In this document: piece by piece, positions 28,445-37,664 of the stretch
Layout: each line of letters begins with the position of its first letter
Numbering within the stretch: position 1 is the first letter of the stretch
Notes under the pieces: model-generated
Databases searched by the model: none
What the model was told of the DNA's origin: nothing
What the model saw: only the letters and a program-made list of their open reading frames with translations
Source of the DNA: Nitrososphaerota archaeon
GTDB taxonomy: Archaea; Thermoproteota; Nitrososphaeria; Conexivisphaerales; UBA164
DNA length: 64,000 bases
Assembly (NCBI GenBank): GCA_009903795.1
Contig: WYER01000005.1
Span: forward strand, 21,659-85,658
Direction: 5' to 3'
Translations under genes and position numbers: made by a program

Positions 28445-30190
28445 TCACACCAAGTTATCGATCTTTTTCAGGTTTTCAACAAGTATTTCCTCATTGTTTG
28501 GGGCCTGTATGAAAACCGGCACGTTCTTCTGTCTTGTTGCTTTATAAGATACAAACAACCATTGACCAGTTTCCAGCTCTGTTGTCCTTTCAATAATGTC
28601 TGTGTTAAGTGAGAACGCATCAGCTATAACAAGCCTGTCATAAAGTCGAGGTAAGGTACTCACAAAATAGCTGTGAAGCTGCTGCACGGCGTTTGTGTTC
28701 AAGTGGGCAAGTCTCTGTGTGCTAAGCCAGCAATGAGCCCTGTACTTTCTTCCTTGTCTTAAAAGCGCCTCAACTGATTTGTTTGACGCGTCTGAATAAT
28801 CATCCTTTGAAGTTTTGTCGGGTATGAACTCCTGGGCTTCGTCCAGAACAACTAGGACCTTTTTTCTGCTCCCCTTGGTTTTCTTTAAATAAAGCAACGT
28901 GTCTATAAAGGCTGAAGCTATAGCCCTTGCTTTTTCAGGGTCAGGAACGTAAACTACAGTTAATCTATTGGAATTTTCTCCCAGAACATAGTCTGCCAGA
29001 TCTTCAGGGTTTACAGCTTTGTTTTCCTTTTTTTCCTTCTCTGATAAGCTGTTCAGGTATTCGCTCAGGCTTTGCATTGACTTATAAATGTTGGATTTTT
29101 CGCTAACATACCTCATTAGAGAATTAAGGATACCTATGAGCTCACTCCTATCATTATCTTTTAAGTTAGAAACATCGGTTTCCTCGGTATAGCCTTTTAT
29201 AGTTGTAAATTCTGAAATCCTATTCAGTTCTATCATTCCAGTACCGGGTTTAAGCTCCTGCTGGAGCATTTCGTACAGCTGTCCTAGAGTTAAGGTTGGG
29301 GGCTTTAGAGTAGTAACCAGCTTGACGGCTTTGCTATTGAGGAATATACTTACATATTTTTGGAGTTCTGCGAACGATATTTTATCTTCTAGTGTGTCAG
29401 GTATTACTTGCGAATCCAAAAAATTCTCTACATTATTTATATTTTCTGTAGAAAACATTTCGCCTTCTTTAATTAGCTCATCAAGAAGGTGTATCCCATA
29501 TTCGCCAGCTATGTCAAACACGATGACCTTGAGGTCTTTATCAGACTCAAGAGATTTCCTTATCAGATAAGAAAGAAGGTTTGATTTACCAGAACCGGTA
29601 AAACCAAAAGCGCCCATGTGGTATTTTATCATTGAGTTCAGGTTTACTTTCAGATCAAGCTCAAAACCTAACAGCTTTCCTACAACAATTCCTTCTTCCA
29701 TGCTTAGGAACCTTTCAACCGATTCCCTTGAAAGTAGATAAACCCTTGAACCTGGCAAAGGTATTGAGTTATCTTTCACAAACTCAATACTTTCATCGTT
29801 TACTGTCATCCTGTATTTGGTCGGGACTGCCCATACATTTATCCACGTTTCGTTACTTTCTTCCCAGCTTTCATAAATGCTCTCCATCATTTCCCACCTT
29901 ATATCTCTGGGTATTCTTTCGTCCATTCCGACCATTTGGTAGTGAAGCGGTTTTATGCTCGCTATTTCATATATAAGATACTGATTTTTCTTTTTTTCAA
30001 CAGCAACAAATTGGGGTTCCTGAAGTTTTTCAAAAACCTCGTCGCTGAACTTAACCTCAAGAAGTGCTACCTGAGATGAAACTACTATTTCTCCTTCTCT
30101 TCCCCTTGTCGAGGTCACCCTTTCCCTCTGCTCCCTAAGCCTAGCTTCGAACTTCCCGTTTACGTCATCAAAAACTCTCAACTTTTCCAA
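28445..30190 (-). CDS. herA: HerA-like (FtsK/HerA superfamily) hexameric ATPase/helicase
   Basis: Walker A GFTGSGKSNLL, Walker B VLVVLDEAQEFIP, and GRKYRAHCWLSTQR. It overlaps the upstream NurA-like gene by 23 nt. Confidence 0.8.
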   Translation of the reverse strand: MEKLRVFDDVNGKFEARLREQRERVTSTRGREGEIVVSSQVALLEVKFSDEVFEKLQEPQFVAVEKKKNQYLIYEIASIKPLHYQMVGMDERIPRDIRWEMMESIYESWEESNETWINVWAVPTKYRMTVNDESIEFVKDNSIPLPGSRVYLLSRESVERFLSMEEGIVVGKLLGFELDLKVNLNSMIKYHMGAFGFTGSGKSNLLSYLIRKSLESDKDLKVIVFDIAGEYGIHLLDELIKEGEMFSTENINNVENFLDSQVIPDTLEDKISFAELQKYVSIFLNSKAVKLVTTLKPPTLTLGQLYEMLQQELKPGTGMIELNRISEFTTIKGYTEETDVSNLKDNDRSELIGILNSLMRYVSEKSNIYKSMQSLSEYLNSLSEKEKKENKAVNPEDLADYVLGENSNRLTVVYVPDPEKARAIASAFIDTLLYLKKTKGSRKKVLVVLDEAQEFIPDKTSKDDYSDASNKSVEALLRQGRKYRAHCWLSTQRLAHLNTNAVQQLHSYFVSTLPRLYDRLVIADAFSLNTDIIERTTELETGQWLFVSYKATRQKNVPVFIQAPNNEEILVENLKKIDNLV

Positions 30191-31979
30191 GCTCTTTCGC
30201 CCCTTCTTCTCTTAATCTCTCGCTTTCTGATCGTATATCTCTAAATCTCCTCGATATCATAAATATTTTTTCTTTCCTAGCATATGATTCAAGCTTAAAA
30301 TCCGCAACGCTTCTTATTGACCATTTTATTGTGCTTATTTCCTGCTTTACTTTTTTGTCTGCAAGGAAAAGCAGGTGGTTGTGACCATAAGCTTCGAGTA
30401 TTTCTGGATTATCTGAGATCGTGAGAATCTGCAGGATCATATTATCCAGAGCGTTTAATCCATTTTCCATATACATTTCAGCCTTAATTGTTTTGCCCTT
30501 TACATCAACGTTAAGCTCAGTAAACATCTGATCATCAAAAGCGTGATCTATAAACCTGTCATATGTAAAAACAGGCGATCTCATCATTGGATCTTTGGAG
30601 AAAGTTCTGAGCTGAAAGTAAGCCTTTGCAAAAAGGCCTGTCCTGCCAATTGATTTTTTAGCTGCTATAAACCTGCCCTGGTACATGGTTAAATAAGAGA
30701 AACCATAATCATACGATATGGTTCTCCAGGGAGTCTTTACTTTATCATAATGTACAGCTGAGAGCACTGTTAAAAAAGCCTTATCGTTCTTAAGTTTCAA
30801 TACGTTGTTAAAAGTCTGGGGCATTACAGACCTGGAAAACTCAGAAGCAGATGTATCTTTGGTTAGCCCGATCACAAGGTTCTTGTTCTTTAAAGCCATA
30901 TCGTATATCATATATATTAAATAAACGTTTATTGCTCCAAGGTCGTATACAGAAAGCCAGTTTTCTTTATCTATTCTCAGAGGATGCTCATTTTCCTTAA
31001 AAGCTTTAATAGTTACAGCTTTGACAACTTCGGTCACCCTTTTCCAGTAATCCTTAACGTCTTCTCTGAGCTTTAGTTTTCCGAGTTCTGCAGCATCAAG
31101 TAGTTCTCCGTTATATTTCTTGTCCATATCTATAATGGATTTCCAAAGCTTTTCTTTCTCCTGTTCATTAAGGCCAAGCTTTTTCCCCATATCATCAGCA
31201 GAACTTTCTCCTTGCTCAATCAGAACTTTGATTCCAGAATACGTAAGATACGGGAAACGGCGCGGCACGAAAATGTTTCCGGCACCCAAAACTGAAGCAA
31301 TAGCAAGGTCAAGTTTTTTAGCGTAGCCATTAGATAACCTTATTTTAGTTAGATTTGGGGTATCAGATTTTAAAGCTATTCTGAGGTCTTTAAGCGATGT
31401 GGCAAAAGTTCCTGAAATTGGCCTGTCCATGAAAAGGATACCATTATTTAAATTCTGCATTACCATGTAAGCTGACCATAGCTCGGCCATCGTCATCATA
31501 GAGTAAGGTATCCTTTCTATCGAAGTTTGAAGTTCAAATTCAGAAAAAGCTTCAGCTTCCTGATAAACTTCAGTTAAATCTTCAAGCCAAAGAGGTATTG
31601 CTGCATAAGAAGAAAGCTCTTCCTCTTTCTTTGCTTTTCTTATGTCAAACTTTATACTGTTTTGATCGATGTAAAAGGGACAAGAATAAGCTACGGAATT
31701 TACGTAAAATATGAGCGTTTCAAGCCTTTCATCGTAATCCATAGAACCGTCAATGCCGTATGCTTTATGTTCCCCAAAGCCAAAGTAAGATTTAGCTGTT
31801 TCAACGGCCCTTTTATTATCAAGGTTTTTAAGTAGCCGCTCTATGATTTGAGGATAATCCTTGACTTCCTTAACTCTTTCGTTGAACTTTTCTATCAGCT
31901 CATTGGTCTCTTCCTCTATCTTCTTTACTAACCTTGAATAAGCTGAACCTTTATCCAACGTTTTAATATTTTTAAACAC
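30168..31979 (-). CDS. nurA: NurA-family nuclease, enlarged (603 aa)
   Basis: YGIDGS, FMDRPISG, GLTKDTSASEF and GHNHLLFLADKKVK match the conserved NurA motifs in order. About 190 aa are inserted between the second and third motifs. The start codon is GTG. Confidence 0.7.
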   Translation of the reverse strand: MFKNIKTLDKGSAYSRLVKKIEEETNELIEKFNERVKEVKDYPQIIERLLKNLDNKRAVETAKSYFGFGEHKAYGIDGSMDYDERLETLIFYVNSVAYSCPFYIDQNSIKFDIRKAKKEEELSSYAAIPLWLEDLTEVYQEAEAFSEFELQTSIERIPYSMMTMAELWSAYMVMQNLNNGILFMDRPISGTFATSLKDLRIALKSDTPNLTKIRLSNGYAKKLDLAIASVLGAGNIFVPRRFPYLTYSGIKVLIEQGESSADDMGKKLGLNEQEKEKLWKSIIDMDKKYNGELLDAAELGKLKLREDVKDYWKRVTEVVKAVTIKAFKENEHPLRIDKENWLSVYDLGAINVYLIYMIYDMALKNKNLVIGLTKDTSASEFSRSVMPQTFNNVLKLKNDKAFLTVLSAVHYDKVKTPWRTISYDYGFSYLTMYQGRFIAAKKSIGRTGLFAKAYFQLRTFSKDPMMRSPVFTYDRFIDHAFDDQMFTELNVDVKGKTIKAEMYMENGLNALDNMILQILTISDNPEILEAYGHNHLLFLADKKVKQEISTIKWSIRSVADFKLESYARKEKIFMISRRFRDIRSESERLREEGAKELGKVESF

Positions 31980-32007
31980 TGAAATATAAACAATTGTTTA
32001 AAACTAT

Positions 32008-33012
32008 TCATTCTTTACATTGTATGAGCCTCTCAACTTCTATTAGCTGATCAAATTTAACCAGCGAAAGCAGCCTATCGCCTACTTTGATTTCTTCTTC
32101 AGGATTAAGGTACTTAACGGGTTTCCCTTCCCTGATAAGGACTATGTAATCAAAAGGAAGCTCCTTTAACTTCATCCCTTTAATCTTTGAACATTCCTTT
32201 ACGTCTATTTCAACCATTTCCATTCCTGAGAGCTTTCTTGAACTGTCAGATATAACGCCAATTACGCTTCCCGTAACTGTTGCAGAAGCTATTACGTTTC
32301 CTATCATCCTGTAGATTGGCACCACAACATCTATGCCAGCTTTTTTAAGCCCATCATACATCTGTTCAGAGTTGTTTATAGCTATGGTTTTTATTTTTGG
32401 GTTGAGGTGCATCGCGGTTAGGGCATAAAGCATGTTCATCTCATCGCTTTCCAGAGTTAAAACTATGGAGCTTGCGTTCTGAACGTTAGCGTCGCTCAGT
32501 GCATCTATCGGTGACGAAAGGTCGGAAAGTATGTAAGATATGCCGCGTTTCTGTAGCTCGTTAACGTTTTCTTTTTGTCTAGTAATAACGCAGAAGTCCC
32601 TCTTGGAAGTTATCAGCCTCTCTGCAACGTACCTGCCTATATGCGTGTAACCGAGAATTATTATGTGCCCTTTCATGTACTTAACCTTGCTCTTCTGAAC
32701 TTCGTCTAGCCAGAGGTCAGTTTTAACTACGCTGTTAACTACTCCCTGAACCAGAGAGGCTGCGGAGCCTACGCTCGTAAGTATTATCCCGATCAGCAGA
32801 AACTTTTCAACTACAGGTATTTCTGTTATGGGGGGCGCGTACAGACCTATTGTTGAGATCGTTGAGACAGAAGCCAATAGAGCCGAAACGGGGTCAAGCT
32901 TTTGAAAATAATAGAACACGTATGCTCCGAACCCTATCATGAATGAAAGAACGAGCAACTGTTTCCATATATGCTTGAAGACTGAATAAGGATGTAGAAA
33001 AAGGGGTGTCAA
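32008..33012 (-). CDS. two-TM cation channel with a cytoplasmic RCK/KTN (TrkA-N plus TrkA-C) domain and an atypical pore signature
   Basis: The pore region is SVSTISTIGLYAPP, whereas a K+ filter would read T-V-G-Y-G. The Rossmann-type segment is HIIILGYTHIGRYVAERL, and the C-terminal TrkA-C-like segment is IKVGDRLLSLV. Confidence 0.7.
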   Translation of the reverse strand: MTPLFLHPYSVFKHIWKQLLVLSFMIGFGAYVFYYFQKLDPVSALLASVSTISTIGLYAPPITEIPVVEKFLLIGIILTSVGSAASLVQGVVNSVVKTDLWLDEVQKSKVKYMKGHIIILGYTHIGRYVAERLITSKRDFCVITRQKENVNELQKRGISYILSDLSSPIDALSDANVQNASSIVLTLESDEMNMLYALTAMHLNPKIKTIAINNSEQMYDGLKKAGIDVVVPIYRMIGNVIASATVTGSVIGVISDSSRKLSGMEMVEIDVKECSKIKGMKLKELPFDYIVLIREGKPVKYLNPEEEIKVGDRLLSLVKFDQLIEVERLIQCKE

Positions 33013-33164
33013 TAAAAACCCTGGCTCTGATGCTAGTTCTGAGCTTGTACTTATGTAGGCTCGTCATATAGGATCATCAAAAAGCTTAACTTATAAGTTG
33101 TGTGCCATAAACGCTTTTAGATTTCCATATTCATCGCTTGAGATCCCGCGCAAGATAGTAGATC

Positions 33165-33590
33165 AAAATTTTTTAGCATATAATGTCGTTTTAACTTTAA
33201 CTAAAACCATACACGATTTTACGATCTAATAATGTTAAAGCAAATTATGCATTAATCAGCCTTTAAAAAAATCTATGCACAATGTTTTTTTAAACTTGTT
33301 CAGACAGGCTATAAGGAACAACCTGGAGCAGCATGACACTAGTGTATTGTTACTAATTATAAAAATTGCAAATATGTTGGTTCGTTCAAAAAACTGTCAT
33401 TATTGCTATTGACTTTTATGTGGCATGTGCATGTGATCCAGGAGTCTTAAGTTAATGCAACAGAAAGGATATTGACTTTTCAGTTTGCAACTAAGCCTTT
33501 TGCAAAAGGTGACAAAAATTTAATGAAAAATCAGCATATTTAACTAACCCACTTTTGATGCTAGAGCTGTTTAAAGGAAAGCATTTCAGG
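33165..33590. repeat. noncoding paralog P1 (~430 nt), collinear with 56300..56730
   Basis: The shared ordered blocks include ctaataatgttaaagcaaattatgcatta, atgtttttttaaacttgttcagacaggctataaggaacaacct, gttcaaaaaactgt and aaaaatttaatgaaaaatcagc..ttaactaa. Confidence 0.6.
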
Positions 33591-33726
33591 GAACTGTTAA
33601 GGTGCAACCCTATCATAAAAATCATGCAAAAGTTTTGATCCTAAGATTAATGGAAAAAGCAACGGTACGCATACCACCTTATAGAAACGCTTATAAGCAA
33701 ATTCAAGATAGATTACCTGCTTGAGA

Positions 33727-33827
33727 GGGCATAGCCTGTTAAACACAGGCGATATGCCCGGGATGATCGTGCCCAAACAAGGCACGGTTATCCGAGAAGC
33801 TCCAATCGCGAGATTGGAGCAGTTAAC
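33727..33827 (+). repeat. copy 2 of the ~100-nt hairpin-rich element, ending 7 nt upstream of tRNA-Lys
   Basis: gggcatagcctgttaaacacaggcgatatgcccgggatgatcgtgcccaaacaaggcacggttatccgagaagctccaatcgcgagattggagcagttaac. It contains three or four hairpins, including a 9-bp stem with a GCGA loop. Confidence 0.7.
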
Positions 33828-33834
33828 AAACAGT

Positions 33835-33921
33835 GGGCCCGTAGCTCAGCCAGGTAGACGTGAGGCCTAAAGCATCGGGCTTTTAACCCGAGGGTCGTGG
33901 GTTCGAATCCCACCGGGCCCG
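33835..33921 (+). tRNA. tRNA-Lys (UUU) with a ~13-nt insertion in the D-arm (putative non-canonical intron)
   Basis: After removing cgtgaggcctaaa (about 33859-33871) the fold is perfect: GGGCCCG/TA/GCTC-AGCCAGGTA-GAGC/A/TCGGG-CTTTTAA-CCCGA/GGGTC/GTGGG-TTCGAAT-CCCAC/CGGGCCC/G. Without the removal the D-stem cannot form. Confidence 0.75.
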
Positions 33922-33993
33922 TACATTTTTTAAAATTTTCATTCAATTTTTTCTAAAGTAATATTTTTAAGTTACAAATTTTACAAATCATTC

Positions 33994-36225
33994 ATGAATT
34001 TTACGGAAGTTAAACTTAGAGTTGAAGAGGCAAAAGGCAGGGATGTGGGAAGGTTTATAGCAAGAATTCCTCAAAAGGTTATGAGACAGCTTGGTATATC
34101 AACTGGCGATTATATAGAAATAATCGGGAAAAACAGCGTTTACGCACAAGCCTGGCCCTCTTACTATGAGGATGAAGATAAAGAAATAATAAGGCTTGAT
34201 GGCACGCTTAGACAGGGAGCAGGTGTTGGTATCGGAGATGAAGTAAGGGTAAAGAAAGCGAAGATATCCTCAGCTCAGAAAGTTGTTATAGCCCCCATAG
34301 AAGTCAAAGTTCAGGCAGATCCAGAGTATTTTAAAGAAGAATTTTTGCTCGGGAAACCAGTTTGGAGGGGGTCTTTGCTTATCATACCATATTATAGTGA
34401 ATCCCTTAAGTTTATGGTAACGTCTGTTTCTCCAGGACCTGTTGCTTATGTTGACGAAAATACACAAATAGAGCTAAAAGAGGAACCCGTAAAGGAAGTT
34501 CAGGTACAAGTTGGTAGGATATCTTGGGAAGACATCGGAGACCTTGAAGATGCAAAAAGGAAGATAAGAGAAATGATAGAGTTGCCTTTGAGGCATCCCG
34601 AAATATTTAAGCACCTCGGGATTGAGCCTCCAAAAGGAGTTCTTTTAATAGGTCCTCCAGGAACTGGCAAGACTCTGCTTGCTAAAGCTGTAGCTAGCGA
34701 AGCTAACGCGTTCTTTTTGTCATTAAACGGCCCAGAAATAATGAGCAAATACTATGGGGAATCTGAGCAAAACTTGAGAAACCTGTTTGAAGAAGCAAAA
34801 AAGAATGCCCCAAGCATAATATTTATAGATGAAATTGATGCTATAGCTCCAAAAAGAGAGGAAGTAACTGGTGAAGTTGAAAGAAGGGTAGTGGCTCAGC
34901 TTTTAACCCTAATGGATGGTCTTCAGGAAAGGGGTCAAGTAGTTGTCATAGGAGCTACAAACAGGCCTGATGCAGTAGATGAAGCTTTAAGAAGGCCTGG
35001 TAGGTTCGATAGAGAAATATATATAGGTATGCCAGATAAGCAGGCAAGAAAAGAAATACTGAACGTACATCTAAGAAATGTTCCACAGTGTGGCGAAGAA
35101 GAAATAAGCAAAAAGATATGCTCGCAAGAAGATAAGATAGACCTTGATGAAATAGCAGAAATGACAAATGGATATACTGGCGCAGATATAGCTGCATTGG
35201 TCAAAGAAGCAGCCATGATGAGGCTAAGAGAAGCTATAGATAACAAAGAAATAGATCCAGAACAGCCAACAATACCGCCCGAAAAGCTTGGAAAGATAAG
35301 GCTGAGAAGAAGGGATTTATTAGAAGCTATAAAGTATGTTCAGCCTACAGTTTTAAGGGAAGTCATCGTTGAAGTACCAGAAGTCCACTGGGAGGACATA
35401 GGCGGTTATGAAAAGGTCAAACAGGAATTGAAAGAAATGGTCGAGTGGCCATTAAAGTATCCCAAATACTTTGAAGAGATAGGAACAGAACCTCCAAAAG
35501 GAATACTTCTATACGGTCCTCCAGGAACTGGCAAGACTCTGCTTGCTAAAGCTGTAGCTACAGAAAGCCAGTCTAACTTTATAGCGGTAAGAGGGCCTGA
35601 AGTCCTAAGCAAGTGGTTTGGGGAAAGCGAGAAAGCGATAAGAGAAATTTTCAAGAAAGCCAGGATGGCGGCTCCTTGTGTAGTTTTCTTCGATGAAATA
35701 GATTCTATAGCGCCAGCCAGGGGCACAAGGTTTGATAGCGGGGCCACAGACAGGATAGTGAACCAGCTACTAGCTGAAATGGATGGAATAGCACCATTAA
35801 AGAATGTGGTTGTAATAGCTGCTACTAACAGGCCAGATATAATAGATCCTGCACTACTCAGGCCAGGAAGATTTGACAGGTTAGTTTATGTTCCACCTCC
35901 AGATGAGACAGCTAGGTTCGAAATACTTAAAGTACATACAAGAAAATTGAAGGTTTCAGACGAAATAAAGGCTAACGATTTTTCATATTTAAAGGACCTT
36001 GCGGCTAGAACAGAAGGTTATACAGGAGCCGATCTAGCGTCATTAGTAAGAGAGGCAGCAATGCTGGCATTGAGAGAAAGCGTCGAACAAAAATTGGAAC
36101 ATGCAAAGCCTGTTGAAAAGAAGCATTTTGAAGAAGCGCTGAAGATCGTTAAACCTTCCCTCACAAAAATTGACATAGAAAAGTATGAAAGGCTTTCAGA
36201 AGAAATCAAAAGAACAATACGATAA
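33994..36225 (+). CDS. cdc48: CDC48/VCP-type AAA+ ATPase (two AAA domains plus an N-domain)
   Basis: [15 protein letters not shown] occurs twice, with Walker B motifs [10 protein letters not shown] and [10 protein letters not shown] and second-region-of-homology motifs. Confidence 0.95.
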   Translation: MNFTEVKLRVEEAKGRDVGRFIARIPQKVMRQLGISTGDYIEIIGKNSVYAQAWPSYYEDEDKEIIRLDGTLRQGAGVGIGDEVRVKKAKISSAQKVVIAPIEVKVQADPEYFKEEFLLGKPVWRGSLLIIPYYSESLKFMVTSVSPGPVAYVDENTQIELKEEPVKEVQVQVGRISWEDIGDLEDAKRKIREMIELPLRHPEIFKHLGIEPPKGVLLIGPPGTGKTLLAKAVASEANAFFLSLNGPEIMSKYYGESEQNLRNLFEEAKKNAPSIIFIDEIDAIAPKREEVTGEVERRVVAQLLTLMDGLQERGQVVVIGATNRPDAVDEALRRPGRFDREIYIGMPDKQARKEILNVHLRNVPQCGEEEISKKICSQEDKIDLDEIAEMTNGYTGADIAALVKEAAMMRLREAIDNKEIDPEQPTIPPEKLGKIRLRRRDLLEAIKYVQPTVLREVIVEVPEVHWEDIGGYEKVKQELKEMVEWPLKYPKYFEEIGTEPPKGILLYGPPGTGKTLLAKAVATESQSNFIAVRGPEVLSKWFGESEKAIREIFKKARMAAPCVVFFDEIDSIAPARGTRFDSGATDRIVNQLLAEMDGIAPLKNVVVIAATNRPDIIDPALLRPGRFDRLVYVPPPDETARFEILKVHTRKLKVSDEIKANDFSYLKDLAARTEGYTGADLASLVREAAMLALRESVEQKLEHAKPVEKKHFEEALKIVKPSLTKIDIEKYERLSEEIKRTIR

Positions 36226-36317
36226 TAAAAATATAATTGGTTTATAAGTTAAAAATTAGTAAAATTTTTATCATTATGTGAAAAAAGTTTATATTTTTTA
36301 GATATAATAAATTAAAT

Positions 36318-37664
36318 GTGCCAATAGATCTTACTCCTTTAAGAGTTCTTTCGGCATCAGGAATCATAGCGCATTTGTCATTAGCTTCGTCTTTTCTTGG
36401 CACGATAGCTTTGGCTTTAGTTCTAGAGTACAAATATCTACGAACAAAGGATAATGCATACTTTCAGAAAGCTAGAATGTTTTCTGTAATATCTACGATA
36501 ATATTTGGTGTTGGAGCCGCATATGGGACGTTTGCAGAGTTTGGGCTTGTTACTGTGTGGAGCAACTTTATAGCTATGATAGGGGCTATTGCGCTTCCAT
36601 TTTACCTTGAGCTGTTCGCTTTTCTTTTTGAGGTTGTTGTTTTGCCGATTTACACTGTAACATGGGAAAAGATAAAAAACGGATGGTTACACTTTTTTAT
36701 AGGAGTTATAGCGGCCTTTGGGGGTTATTGGAGCGCTTATAACATACTGGCCGTTATGGCGTCACTTTCGATGCTTCCTCCTGGGCTGCAAATAGTAAAC
36801 CTTTCGCAACAAGGTCAGTCAATATCTAAAGCTATAACATACTTGTTAGTTTGGAGTTCACCAACTCAAATGCTAAACATGTACTGGTGGGGCGCTCAGG
36901 TATTCATATTTCACGGTATACTTGCTGCTGTTATCGTAAGCTGGTCTCTTATAAGTGGCGTTTATATCTACAAATATATTAGAGACAGGGATCCGGTAAG
37001 GAAAAAAGTGCTCAATTTGATGTTGCTCCCTCTCGCAGTACTTACTGCAATTCAAGGACTTGTATTAGGTCATTTTCAGAGTGAACTGGTTCTTTCTGAC
37101 GATCCTTTGAAGTTAGCAGCTCTTGAAGGAATGTACTGGAGTGGACTCAAGGTTGATCCACTTACAAGCTTTGTTGCTTATGGTACTTTTAATCATCAAT
37201 TCTGGGGTTACTACAGTTGGCCCGCTAGCATAAGGCCTCCAACATTTGTTACGTTTGCTTACCTTGTGATGATGGTGGGTTTCGGTATAGTGCTTGGAAT
37301 ACTAACGCTAGCACTGGGGCTTGATTATGCGTTCGAAGAAAATTTAAAGAAAATAGGCTTTGGATGGTTGTATAAATTGCAGCCTTGGTTAAAGAAGATA
37401 TCTCAGTATTTAATTCCTTTTTCAGGTATAACAGCAGGCATAGGCGGAGCTCTGGCAACAGAAAGCGGCAGATTTCCGCTTATCTTTGTATCCAGCGTTC
37501 CTACAACATCAGGCCCTCCTGAGATAACAGGTGTTCCTGTTTCTGCAATCGTAAACGTAGCCCTTAACATGCCTGTTTGGGAAGTTGCCTTACTGATAAT
37601 TGTAGCTCTTTCCATACCTTTTGTAGCCGTTTATGGCATCTGGGTTTATGTAAGTAAAAGGTGA
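36318..37664 (+). CDS. cydA: cytochrome bd-type quinol oxidase subunit I
   Basis: Polytopic membrane protein with the periplasmic motif DPLKLAALEGMYW, which matches the CydA ..KLAA.E.. signature. Confidence 0.75.
   Translation: MPIDLTPLRVLSASGIIAHLSLASSFLGTIALALVLEYKYLRTKDNAYFQKARMFSVISTIIFGVGAAYGTFAEFGLVTVWSNFIAMIGAIALPFYLELFAFLFEVVVLPIYTVTWEKIKNGWLHFFIGVIAAFGGYWSAYNILAVMASLSMLPPGLQIVNLSQQGQSISKAITYLLVWSSPTQMLNMYWWGAQVFIFHGILAAVIVSWSLISGVYIYKYIRDRDPVRKKVLNLMLLPLAVLTAIQGLVLGHFQSELVLSDDPLKLAALEGMYWSGLKVDPLTSFVAYGTFNHQFWGYYSWPASIRPPTFVTFAYLVMMVGFGIVLGILTLALGLDYAFEENLKKIGFGWLYKLQPWLKKISQYLIPFSGITAGIGGALATESGRFPLIFVSSVPTTSGPPEITGVPVSAIVNVALNMPVWEVALLIIVALSIPFVAVYGIWVYVSKR

Noticed and set aside
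33013-33600. The long AT-rich intergenic regions (33013..33600, 56224..56869, 18732..19292) as replication origins.
   Set aside because: There is no orc1/cdc6 gene nearby, and I could not identify repeated ORB-like boxes. The collinear paralogy is reported as a finding instead.
33760-33775. A C/D-box sRNA interpretation of the tRNA-upstream element (ggaugauc resembling a C box).
   Set aside because: The sequence is UGAUCG rather than UGAUGA, no matching CUGA D box is suitably placed, and the motif is not conserved in copy 1.
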